DNA of 64,000 nt, from NCBI GenBank assembly GCA_016840165.1, contig JAEOSU010000009.1, positions 1 through 64,000 on the forward strand, given 5' to 3'. A program made the translations under genes and the position numbers. Each line of letters begins with the position of its first letter. Positions within the stretch are counted from its first letter, which is position 1. Source of the DNA: Promethearchaeota archaeon. GTDB lineage: Archaea > Asgardarchaeota > Lokiarchaeia > Sigyniarchaeales > SOKP01. The notes under the pieces were generated by a model. It searched no databases and was not told where the DNA came from. It saw only the letters and a list, made by a program, of their open reading frames with translations. Positions 11,409 through 20,247 of the stretch are shown here, one piece after another.

Positions 11409-12368
11409 ATGATTGAGCTTGTATTAGCCATATTTATGTTGCTTGGGGGACTAAGTTTAATTATCTTCTGTAGTGTGAAAGCAGTAAAGCATTCAGCTAT
11501 TCTTGCTGCAGCCTTAGGCATTTCTCCACTATTTATCGGAGTTGCATTAGTCTCAATTGGAACTGACATCTCAGAGATTTTTAATTCAATAGTAGCATGC
11601 GCATTAGGTCATGGAGATATTGATGTAGGAGATAGTGTGGGTTCAGATTTAACTCAACTCACATTGGTTTTTGGAATATTACCACTAGTTTCTGGGGTTT
11701 TTTATGTGCATAGAAAAGATGTAATAATTTTAGGAGCTTGTGAGGTTTTATCATTAATTGTGATTTTTACAGTTGTCGAAAAGGGTTATTTTTCGAGGTT
11801 GGATGCTATACTTATGATTGGAAGTCTTGGGATATATATATGGTTAGTATACAACACGAATAAACAAAGTATCTTAGATCGAATTGATATGATTGAAAAA
11901 ATTAAAGCTCCTCGTTCGAAAAAATTTCATCTATTTATTGCTGCTATAGCTTTTGGTGGGGTGACAATCAGTTCTTTCCTAATTGTTGAATCGGTTGTCA
12001 TAATTTCAAGCTTTCTGAATGTTCATGAATATATAATTAGTTTCTTTATTGTCGCTGTTGGAACTTCTTTACCCGAATTAGCAGTTGATATCAATGCTTT
12101 ACGATTAAAACATCATGAAATTGCAATAGGGGATATCATAGGGTCATGTATAGTTGATTCTACTTTATCAATAGGTATAGGTCAAGCTCTTTTCCCACAA
12201 GAGGTAACTGCTAGTCTCGCAGTACCAACAGTTTTATATACACTAATTGCAAGCTTTATTGTTATAACTATTGTAGCTGTTAGAAAAAAAGTAGATAGAA
12301 AAGCGGGATTGGTATTCATTCTAATTTATCTAGCATCCTATTATTTCTTATTTTCTTTTTGGATATAA
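11409..12368 (+). CDS. Na+/Ca2+ antiporter (CaCA family)
   Basis: Two alpha repeats (IGTDISE...GDSVGS and VGTSLPE...GDIIGS); about 10 TM segments. Confidence 0.88.
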   Translation: MIELVLAIFMLLGGLSLIIFCSVKAVKHSAILAAALGISPLFIGVALVSIGTDISEIFNSIVACALGHGDIDVGDSVGSDLTQLTLVFGILPLVSGVFYVHRKDVIILGACEVLSLIVIFTVVEKGYFSRLDAILMIGSLGIYIWLVYNTNKQSILDRIDMIEKIKAPRSKKFHLFIAAIAFGGVTISSFLIVESVVIISSFLNVHEYIISFFIVAVGTSLPELAVDINALRLKHHEIAIGDIIGSCIVDSTLSIGIGQALFPQEVTASLAVPTVLYTLIASFIVITIVAVRKKVDRKAGLVFILIYLASYYFLFSFWI

Positions 12369-12421
12369 ATATAATAAGATGAATGATTAGAGCGAATTGA
12401 TTAAGAATTAGTATTTATTTA

Positions 12422-12778
12422 TTATTCAGGCATATAAAACTTACATACACTGCACTGTTTTGCACGTATTCGTTTTTCTGGGCCCAATATTATATAAATG
12501 CTCTTAAATGCCCCGCCACATTTAGGACAGTTTTTCGCAAAATTCTCTTTAATAGAATTGAGTACTTGTTGAATATTTTTTTCTAATTGGAGTAGTTCAT
12601 TCGCATTCTCGATTATTTTTTTAGCTGATTTGACTCCGATACCTTTAATCCATGCTAGTTCTTCTGGTGTAGCATTAGCAATCTGTTCAATCGATTTAAC
12701 TCCTGCCTTAACCAAATTCACAGCAGCAACGGGGCCAATACCTCTCACCCGTTCAATTTCGTTTGACATTGGTATCAT
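12422..12778 (-). CDS. Helix-hairpin-helix DNA-binding domain protein with C-terminal Zn ribbon
   Basis: Two HhH motifs (VRGIGP, IKGIGV) followed by CPKC...CSVC. Confidence 0.8.
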   Translation of the reverse strand: MIPMSNEIERVRGIGPVAAVNLVKAGVKSIEQIANATPEELAWIKGIGVKSAKKIIENANELLQLEKNIQQVLNSIKENFAKNCPKCGGAFKSIYIILGPEKRIRAKQCSVCKFYMPE

Positions 12779-12947
12779 AATCCTTTAATTTTATATTGTT
12801 TTGCCTCTCTTCCGGGTGCAGCTTTGAAATGAAGCGTATTATTGTAATTTCATTGACTCTAATTTTTTAACTATAGATAGTATTAGGAATCCTAAAAAAT
12901 AAAATTTCAGATGATAAAAAAAAGGAAAAATAAAATAAATTTTTTAT

Positions 12948-13688
12948 TTATTTCGATAAACTACGCCCCACGCCATAATAGATTAAATACCCCCCGCCTA
13001 ATGCTAGTATAAGCCCAATAACTCCCATTATCATCCGAAAGGTACCATCATTCAGAGTATTTGAGATAAATATTCCATACATAAAAATGGCTAGAGCCGT
13101 GAAGCCATATATAAAAAATTTCCATTTTTTCTGTAAGACTTTATCTTCAAACTTTTTGTATATTTTTAGGGATAAATAATATATTGGTATGACTGCTCCA
13201 ATCGTTTCGATGAGCATTACATAAAGGAAGAAACAAGGACTCCAAACAGGGGACCACTTGCTTACTTCACTTCCATCTATTTGTACTCCACACCCAGGTA
13301 TAAAAAGCAATATGAACATTCCGAACATCGCGATTCCGAAAATAATAAACACCAAGAACTGCTTAGCAGTGTTAATTACTTTTTCTGATTTTAGTAAAAT
13401 CAAATCAAACACAACAAGAAAGATCGGGGCATAAAAGATGCCAAAATTCGTAAGAAAGTTGAGGATTTTTACTATATCGGGAATATCAATTGGACCATAA
13501 ATGAAATTAATTAAAATTCCGATTATTGCAGAGATATAAAAGCCACTGAAGATGATGTTGAGTCTCTTACGATCGCGTTTAAGTATTTTATAGGCTAAGA
13601 ATAGAAAGAATATAAATAATAATCCCTGGGCAAAGTAGATTGTAATTATTCTCGGAAGGGTTAAAGGAGAGGTTTGATAAAAAGTCAT
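12948..13688 (-). CDS. Seven-TM membrane protein (paralogue of 13802-14503)
   Basis: Seven hydrophobic segments; shares QG, LN.I.S.FY, KSE..I, W.P.WS, LKKKWK.F..G, SNTL.D..FR, IY.GV with its neighbour. Confidence 0.8.
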   Translation of the reverse strand: MTFYQTSPLTLPRIITIYFAQGLLFIFFLFLAYKILKRDRKRLNIIFSGFYISAIIGILINFIYGPIDIPDIVKILNFLTNFGIFYAPIFLVVFDLILLKSEKVINTAKQFLVFIIFGIAMFGMFILLFIPGCGVQIDGSEVSKWSPVWSPCFFLYVMLIETIGAVIPIYYLSLKIYKKFEDKVLQKKWKFFIYGFTALAIFMYGIFISNTLNDGTFRMIMGVIGLILALGGGYLIYYGVGRSLSK

Positions 13689-13801
13689 TATAAATCACTT
13701 TTTTTTATTGGTTTTTGTTAATACTATCATATTCTATTAATTTAAATGCATTTAACAAATCAATATTATTTATAAAAGGAAGTAAATTTGGGCATTGTTC
13801 G

Positions 13802-14503
13802 CTATAATTGTTTGACAACACCAAAGTAGATAAAATATAAGCATATAAGGGAGGGTAATGATAATATTGACCATATAAACCGAAATGTAGGGTCTGCTAA
13901 TGTATTTGAAATAGATGTTCCATAATAAACGAAATAATAAGCAAACATTCCAACAATAAAGTATTTCCATTTCTTTTTAAGCTCTATATGTTCAAACTTC
14001 AGATAAAGCTTGACAGAGAAAAAAATTGTTGGGAGTATTACAGAGTTACAAATCACAAAACTATAGATTAAAAATGGCCAACTCCATTCTGGTTTCCAAT
14101 TAGTTGATTCATTGATGGTAATTCCGCCTGGAATAAATAAAAGACCCAATAAACCTGCACTAAATATGATAAGAAGGAAGGCCTGAACTTTTTTCGTTAT
14201 GATGCTTTCAGATTTCATTAAAACGAGCAAAAATATTAATAAGAACATTAAAGATAAACAGAGAAAAAAGTATGTTAAAAAATGTAAAATAAATACAATG
14301 ATTTCTATAAAAATGAACGCATATATTATATTGATTACAACACCTATCGTTGTTGATAAATAAAAACAACTTATTATCAAATTTAATCCCTTGCTCTCTC
14401 GTCTAAGAATTCGAAATGCGATGAATAAAAAGAAAAACCCAATTAATCCTTGAACAAGAAATATTTGGATAAACCTTGCTAAATCTAAGTGTTGATATAA
14501 CAA
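13802..14503 (-). CDS. Seven-TM membrane protein (paralogue of 12948-13688)
   Basis: Same motif series as its neighbour; TTG start. Confidence 0.8.
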   Translation of the reverse strand: MLYQHLDLARFIQIFLVQGLIGFFFLFIAFRILRRESKGLNLIISCFYLSTTIGVVINIIYAFIFIEIIVFILHFLTYFFLCLSLMFLLIFLLVLMKSESIITKKVQAFLLIIFSAGLLGLLFIPGGITINESTNWKPEWSWPFLIYSFVICNSVILPTIFFSVKLYLKFEHIELKKKWKYFIVGMFAYYFVYYGTSISNTLADPTFRFIWSILSLPSLICLYFIYFGVVKQL

Positions 14504-14613
14504 CTTTTAATCCCTTTATGTTAATGTCCTAAATTAACTTTATAATTATTATGATATATTTTTAATTCTATAAAATAATATACCTAAATAGCTTAAATAA
14601 AATATATTTTTCT

Positions 14614-15861
14614 GTGATGACTGAATCAAAAACAAAAGAAAAAGATGAATCAAGGGATCCAGCAGTTTTAAAAATGATTGACCAAGTTAAAGCTTCGGCT
14701 AATTATTGTTATAATTGTAATCGCTGTGTGACTGTCTGTCCGCTCTCACATCTGGGAATATTTTCACCACGAGATTTGATAAATGATATCTCTTATCTCA
14801 GTATTGAAGAAGCATTGGAAAATAATAATATTTGGCAATGTTTAACTTGCGGTCAGTGTTCAATCTATTGTCCTATGACCTCGGATAAGGTAGGAGTAAG
14901 AATTCCTGAATTAATTTTAGAGTTGAGAAAAGTTTTTGGTAATGATCAATCACAAGTTGATAAATTAATGGTATGTGAGACTCATAACGGTATATTTCCT
15001 TTAATTTCTCAAATAATGGCAGAAAATCCTCTTCCTCCTGACAAATTATCCTTTTTAAGTGATAAAGGATTAAAAGTTAAAAGCAAGGGAGATATTGCGT
15101 ACTTTATAGGGTGTTTACCCTTAATGGAAGATATTCTTCACAATTTAAATGTGCAATATACCAATGCTGCAATTACGGTAATAAGTTTGTTAAATGGTGC
15201 AGATATTACTCCAGTTGTTTTAAATGAAAAGTGCTGTGGTCACGATATTTTGTGGGCAAAAGGAGATATTCAAACCTTCAAAAAATTAGCAGAATATAAT
15301 GTTAATCTCTACAGAGAAGCTGGGGTAAAAACAATAATCGTGAGTTGTGCTGAAGGGTATAGAACTTGGAAGATAGATTATCCGAAAATTATTGAGGATT
15401 TTGATTTTGAAGTTTTACATTTTTCTGAATTTATACTAAAGGAAAAAATAATTGATAACCTACGATTTCCTCAGGAAGACAAGGTAAAAGTAACATATCA
15501 TGATGCTTGTAGAATCGGGCGATTAGGTGGGAAATTATATGATGCTCCTCGTAAAATCTTATCAAAAATTCCCGGAGTAGAATTATTAGAGATGGAAAAT
15601 ATCAAAGATGATGCTCAGTGTTGTGGTGTATCGGCTTTTTCTTGCTGCAATGAATACACTCGCGTAATCCGCCAAAATAGAATTCAAGAAGCAGTCAATA
15701 CTGGGGCAGAATACTTAGTTGTGCCGTGTCCTAAATGCCTTTCCCATTTTAATTGCTACTTGAGTGAACCTAGTTTGGATGAGACACATCAACAATTAAA
15801 AGAAAAGATCAAGATTATTGATTTAGCCACATTTCTCGGTAAACGGTTATTTTTAGTCTAA
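14614..15861 (+). CDS. Heterodisulfide reductase D-like Fe-S oxidoreductase (2x[4Fe-4S] plus two CCG domains)
   Basis: CYNCNRCVTVCP, CLTCGQCSIYCP, KCCGH, SCAEG, TYHDAC, QCCG, PCPKC. Confidence 0.88.
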   Translation: MMTESKTKEKDESRDPAVLKMIDQVKASANYCYNCNRCVTVCPLSHLGIFSPRDLINDISYLSIEEALENNNIWQCLTCGQCSIYCPMTSDKVGVRIPELILELRKVFGNDQSQVDKLMVCETHNGIFPLISQIMAENPLPPDKLSFLSDKGLKVKSKGDIAYFIGCLPLMEDILHNLNVQYTNAAITVISLLNGADITPVVLNEKCCGHDILWAKGDIQTFKKLAEYNVNLYREAGVKTIIVSCAEGYRTWKIDYPKIIEDFDFEVLHFSEFILKEKIIDNLRFPQEDKVKVTYHDACRIGRLGGKLYDAPRKILSKIPGVELLEMENIKDDAQCCGVSAFSCCNEYTRVIRQNRIQEAVNTGAEYLVVPCPKCLSHFNCYLSEPSLDETHQQLKEKIKIIDLATFLGKRLFLV

Positions 15862-15872
15862 ACTTTATTTTT

Positions 15873-16098
15873 TTATTGTTCTCTCCATTCAATCCCGCAT
15901 TTACCACATTTATACTCTATAGCATCAAATTGCTATAGATCTATATTTTTTGCCATAGACACGCGGGTAATCACTGATAATATGCGATCTGTCGGTAGAT
16001 TCATGAATCATGTGTTTATTCTCTTCACCACAGCTAGGACATTTTCTTCTTCCATCTGATTTCTCAATTGTTAAAATTTTATTCTTTTCTTCTCCCAT
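15873..16098 (-). CDS. Small Zn-ribbon protein interrupted by a 31-nt insertion (exon 1 16098-15941, exon 2 15909-15873; 64 aa if joined)
   Basis: Manual translation gives MGEEKNKILTIEKSDGRRKCPSCGEENKHMIHESTDRSHIISDYPRVYGKKY followed by RSIAI-stop; the +1 frame continues (K)CGKCGIEWREQ-stop. Removing 15910-15940 joins CPSC and CGKC in one frame. Not in the supplied ORF track. Confidence 0.75.
15910..15940 (-). other. Candidate bulge-helix-bulge (tRNA-type) intron in a protein-coding gene
   Basis: mRNA reads AUAU-AG^A-UCUAUAGCA-AUUUGA-UGCUAUAGA-GUAU-AA^A: 9-bp perfect stem, 4-bp central helix AUAU/GUAU, two 3-nt bulges. Cutting after the second base of each bulge removes 31 nt and restores the frame. 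Confidence 0.6.
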
Positions 16099-16191
16099 AA
16101 TAGTATTTCATCTCTATTTATGTAGAATTAAAATCAATTGATAATTGAATATATATTAAAATTTGGGTTTATTAAATCTTTTTATTCCAAT

Positions 16192-16812
16192 TTAAGAATT
16201 TTGATTATATTTTCCTTTCAATAATTCTTGTCCATAGCTCTTAGCGCGAACAAGTGATTCAGGACTTGATGTTTGAAATCTTAGTAGGATATCGTAGAGA
16301 ATTTGCTCCAAAATAGCGTCTATATCTTCACTTTTGTTTTGAATTTCAAAACAGTAAATAAAATTTAATTCATTAGTTTTCTTTATTAAATTCAATCGGC
16401 TGATTCTAAAATATTCAGATGGAACTCCTTTCTCAATGTAATAAGAATCTACACCAACAAATACAGTCAATACTTGGAAGTTATATTGTTGTGTGAATTG
16501 GTTTAATGAGTGAGGTGTATATTGATTAATAGATTGGGTATTATAGATGTTAATACAGATTATCAGGGCATCCAAATTTTTCAGCTTAGAAGTTTCTTTA
16601 ATCAACTGATCGAGGCTTTCTACTACAATTAACCTAATTTTGAACGGGATTTCTTGATGAATCACCAAGTACTCATGAATATCATTGTTTTGACAATAAT
16701 CAAGAGCAATTTGATAAAAATGTTGTTGAAAAAGCTCTTTACAAGAATCTTCCATTCCCATAATCGCTAAATTGACGCTAAATCTAACTTTTTTCAAGCC
16801 CAATCTTTCCAA
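16192..16812 (-). CDS. Degenerate small-GTPase-fold-like protein
   Basis: Ras-like order of elements (NLAIMG.., LDALIICINIYNTQS, VFVGVD, CFEI) but no GxxxxGK[ST], DxxG or NKxD; TTG start. Confidence 0.5.
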   Translation of the reverse strand: MERLGLKKVRFSVNLAIMGMEDSCKELFQQHFYQIALDYCQNNDIHEYLVIHQEIPFKIRLIVVESLDQLIKETSKLKNLDALIICINIYNTQSINQYTPHSLNQFTQQYNFQVLTVFVGVDSYYIEKGVPSEYFRISRLNLIKKTNELNFIYCFEIQNKSEDIDAILEQILYDILLRFQTSSPESLVRAKSYGQELLKGKYNQNS

Positions 16813-16893
16813 AAGAAATAATTAATCTTCGTAATTTAACAATATAAATAAATAATATTTGTTTATTTATTAAAACCGGAAATTGTTGATTTC

Positions 16894-17865
16894 ATGCTGA
16901 AAATATATGGAAGCTTAACTTTTATGATAATCATGTGGAGCTTCTCTTTCATAATAGTTGATATCGGAATAGAATTTATCACACCTTTAACTTTAGCTCT
17001 ATACAGGTTTATAATAGCATCAATGGCTTTTGCAGTTATAGACATTATTCAAGTTTTTAAAAATAGAAAACCCAATGGGGCTCCAATCAACAAAAACGAT
17101 AGAATAGTTTCTATAAGAAAAACACTCCTATTATTATTTTTTGCAAGCCTATCTGGAGTATCTCTTTTTTTTCTCAGTCAATATTTAGCTATTCAACTAA
17201 TAGGGCCCTCTCTCCCTGCTCTATTTGTTTGTTTATTAGCCCCGATTATTATTAGTGTTTTTGCTCTAATCTTTTTTAATGAAAAGTTAACAAAATTAAA
17301 GATACTAGGAATAATCATAGCTACATTTGGGAGTTTCCTTTTAATAACAGGCGGGGATATCTCAAATATTCTACCAAATTCTCCGAATTTCATAGGATAT
17401 GTTCTAGCGCTTCTAACTCCAATATTATGGGCAATCTATTCAACTATTTCAAAACAATTAATTAAGAAATCGTCGAGTATAAAGATCAACAAATATATTT
17501 CATATTTGGGTCTACTTGAACTTTTCATATTTGTTATAATATCTAATGAGTTTGGCATTTTCCTTTTAAATTTTACAAATGCAATTGTATTTTTATGTGC
17601 ATTATATCTTGGATTAGGAAGCTATGTAATTGGTTATTATATTTGGCAATACTCACAAACCAAGTTGAATTCATTAAAAGTTGCTTCATTTCTTTATATT
17701 GAACCATTTCTAACTCTAATTTTTTCACTCTTATTGGCAAGAAACGAGCTAATCGTATTGGGAAACATTGTAGGAGGAATTATAGTATTGCTGGCAGTTT
17801 TTATTATTAATTATGATAAAACAAGAAAAAAAGATTTGAATCCAAAAATTAGTGTCTCTTTATAA
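16894..17865 (+). CDS. DMT/EamA family transporter
   Basis: About 10 TM segments; WS.SFI, LA.YRF, NEKLT..KILG, WAIYS, FLYIEP. Confidence 0.9.
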   Translation: MLKIYGSLTFMIIMWSFSFIIVDIGIEFITPLTLALYRFIIASMAFAVIDIIQVFKNRKPNGAPINKNDRIVSIRKTLLLLFFASLSGVSLFFLSQYLAIQLIGPSLPALFVCLLAPIIISVFALIFFNEKLTKLKILGIIIATFGSFLLITGGDISNILPNSPNFIGYVLALLTPILWAIYSTISKQLIKKSSSIKINKYISYLGLLELFIFVIISNEFGIFLLNFTNAIVFLCALYLGLGSYVIGYYIWQYSQTKLNSLKVASFLYIEPFLTLIFSLLLARNELIVLGNIVGGIIVLLAVFIINYDKTRKKDLNPKISVSL

Positions 17866-17894
17866 CCACTTGGGGGATTAGAGACTGATTTTCG

Positions 17895-19340
17895 TTATAA
17901 ATTGGACTTCTCAATTCTATTTAATTCCCTCAAGAGATCCTCTTCAATGGGTATTAATGGTGCTTTTTTCTCTAATTTTAAGGCCTCCACTCTTGCGCGA
18001 CTTCTCGCAGAATTCGACCCTAACATTCTCCACGAATCTCTTGTGGCTCGATCAACTATTGGACCAGTAAAAAGCAACTCTTCTCTAAATAACTTTAAAG
18101 TACTGGGATGTGATAGTAATTCTTGCTTATCATCATAATCCTTTAGTATCTCTGAAGCAAATGGAGAACCATAATCTGTAATTCCTTTTAAGAATCTTTT
18201 TACCATACCACATATCTCATTATCTATTAGTAGTTTTTCTATGCTTTGAGTTGATTCAAAATCAAGCATTCCGGGACCAGATATCATATTTATCCCAGCG
18301 ATACCTGCAAGTAAAGCACCCATTCCAGCTTCAAATCCCGCTTGGGCATCGGGAACTTTTGAATCACTTAAGCTCATATAGGCATGTGTTGGTAAGTTGA
18401 GGAATTTTCCCATTTCAACATCTCCTAAGTTAATCATCATAGTCTCAATTGCACCCATTGGAGTAGTTCCTGTTTTCATGTCTAGTATCGCTGGTGAACC
18501 TCCCCATATTATTGGAGCTCCTTTTCTTGATAATTGAGCAATAACAACTCCAGCTAAACTTTCAGCACAATGTTGAGTTATCGAACCTAAAAGAGTTACA
18601 GGGGCACTCGCACCAGCTAAGGGCATCGAAACAAACTCGGATGGTATCATGCTTTTTGCAGCATCAATAACCGATTGAGTAGTTAAATCGGACCATTTGA
18701 GAGGGGGGCTCGGACATGCATCGAATATAGCTAATGGCTTTTCAGCAAGGGCTTTTTCTGAGTTTCGACAAGTTAGTAATAATTCCCGCATAATCGAGAA
18801 GCTTTCCACGCGAAATGTACCAGTAATTACGGGCTTATAACAATATGTTAGCGCTAAATAGAGTCTATGCCAATCCTGAGCGTTCTTGGGAACATCTTGG
18901 TAGATTAAGGCGGTACTTTGAGCATCGATATACGGCAAATGCTCTACAATTTTTGAAAATCGAATAAAATCCGCAGACTGGGCATTTCGAATCTCTCCAG
19001 TTTGCTCATCTAAGATCAATATTGCAGCAGAACCGGGATCATAATTAACCTGATCTCCACTTAGTGTGAGATGATTTTGTCCCTCTCTATCATATAGTTT
19101 AACCTCATCTGGTACACTTTTTAAACACCGATCAATAAGATCTGGTGGAATAAAAAATCGTGAATTTTTCTCTGGTAGTCCTTCTCGTTGGAAAAGTTCG
19201 GCGGCATCTCGATTTTCGACAAAAATTCCTTGAGTTTTTAATATGCTTTTAGCTTCTTCTAAAATTTTAGTTCTATACTCATCATTTAATATACTAATTT
19301 TAGGCCTAATTATGGTCATAGTTATTTTTTCATTCCTCAA
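17895..19340 (-). CDS. mttB: Trimethylamine methyltransferase (MttB) superfamily protein, non-pyrrolysine
   Basis: SPPLKW, PLAGASAPVTLLG, AESLAG, GAP.IWG, DMKTG..PMG..E, SDSKVPDAQAGFE, GMLD; no in-frame TAG. Confidence 0.85.
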   Translation of the reverse strand: MRNEKITMTIIRPKISILNDEYRTKILEEAKSILKTQGIFVENRDAAELFQREGLPEKNSRFFIPPDLIDRCLKSVPDEVKLYDREGQNHLTLSGDQVNYDPGSAAILILDEQTGEIRNAQSADFIRFSKIVEHLPYIDAQSTALIYQDVPKNAQDWHRLYLALTYCYKPVITGTFRVESFSIMRELLLTCRNSEKALAEKPLAIFDACPSPPLKWSDLTTQSVIDAAKSMIPSEFVSMPLAGASAPVTLLGSITQHCAESLAGVVIAQLSRKGAPIIWGGSPAILDMKTGTTPMGAIETMMINLGDVEMGKFLNLPTHAYMSLSDSKVPDAQAGFEAGMGALLAGIAGINMISGPGMLDFESTQSIEKLLIDNEICGMVKRFLKGITDYGSPFASEILKDYDDKQELLSHPSTLKLFREELLFTGPIVDRATRDSWRMLGSNSARSRARVEALKLEKKAPLIPIEEDLLRELNRIEKSNL

Positions 19341-19346
19341 TCTTAA

Positions 19347-20219
19347 TTAGATTAACTTTTTAATTTGATTAATTGTTTTGGGAGATGTACCACAACAACC
19401 TCCCACAATCTTTACTCCTATTTCAATCATCTTATAAATATGGTTTACAAACTCTTCCACAGGCTGATCATAATATATTTGCCCATTAGACTCCACTCTT
19501 GGTTGTCCGGCATTTGGTTTTATTGAGATTGGTAATTCAGTACACTTTTTCATTTCCTTTAGCAAATCTATCATATCGAGTGATCCTAAGGTGCAATTTG
19601 AACCAATTACATCCACTTTGCTCTCTTCTTGAGTTTTAATACATTTCTCAAGACTATCTCCCATAATGGTGAAAAAGCCTCTCTTTGTTCGTTTATAAGT
19701 CATTGAGCTGATGATTGGTTTTGAAGAAACTTTCTTGATAGCATCTATTGCCGCTTTCATTTCATCGATATCAGAAATAGTCTCAATATGCCATAAATCA
19801 ACTCCCATTTCTAATATTTCTGCTTGTTTTAAGAAACTTTCATACCACTCCTCAGGGGTAACTTTTCCAACCGGGGATTTAAAATATCCTGACGGACCAA
19901 CATCACCCACAATAAGTTTACCATTAGGACGAACCGCATTGATATTTTTAATCGCACTTTGATTTATTTCTTTAATTCTCTCTTCAAGTCTGTATTTCTT
20001 TAGATTAAGGTAACTCGAACCAAATGTGTTAGTTTGAACCATATCTGACCCTGCATCGAAATATGCTTTATGAATTTCTGAAATAACCTCTGGTTTTTCG
20101 ATATTCAAGAGATCTGGCAACATTCCTGGTTTGATACCCCGTTTAAAAATCTCAGTACCCATACCCCCATCAAAAAGAATCACCTTAGAGTTATCCTCCA
20201 ATAATTTATTAAATAGCAT
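19347..20219 (-). CDS. Homocysteine S-methyltransferase domain protein (stand-alone MetH N-terminal domain)
   Basis: DGGMGT, TNTFG, GDVGP, ET, GSNC, KPNAG.P, GGCCGT. Confidence 0.9.
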   Translation of the reverse strand: MLFNKLLEDNSKVILFDGGMGTEIFKRGIKPGMLPDLLNIEKPEVISEIHKAYFDAGSDMVQTNTFGSSYLNLKKYRLEERIKEINQSAIKNINAVRPNGKLIVGDVGPSGYFKSPVGKVTPEEWYESFLKQAEILEMGVDLWHIETISDIDEMKAAIDAIKKVSSKPIISSMTYKRTKRGFFTIMGDSLEKCIKTQEESKVDVIGSNCTLGSLDMIDLLKEMKKCTELPISIKPNAGQPRVESNGQIYYDQPVEEFVNHIYKMIEIGVKIVGGCCGTSPKTINQIKKLI

Positions 20220-20247
20220 TTTCTATTTCACCATTTTCCCAATAATT

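Noticed and set aside
12948-14503. Rhodopsin assignment for the 7-TM pair
   Set aside because: No retinal-binding Lys (DxxxK/SxxxK) in helix 7.
15922-15930. In-frame UGA in the hairpin loop of the Zn-ribbon gene read as selenocysteine
   Set aside because: Read-through gives only C-Y-R-V and then UAA, and never reaches the frame encoding CGKC, so Sec insertion does not rescue the protein.
15940-15954. -1 ribosomal frameshift at C-AAA-AAA upstream of the hairpin
   Set aside because: The -1 frame hits UAG immediately (AUA UAG). Exon 2 is in the +1 frame, which also has a UAG (CUA UAG) inside the insert.
17895-19340. Pyrrolysine-containing MttB
   Set aside because: The ORF is uninterrupted, with no in-frame TAG; Leu occupies the equivalent position.
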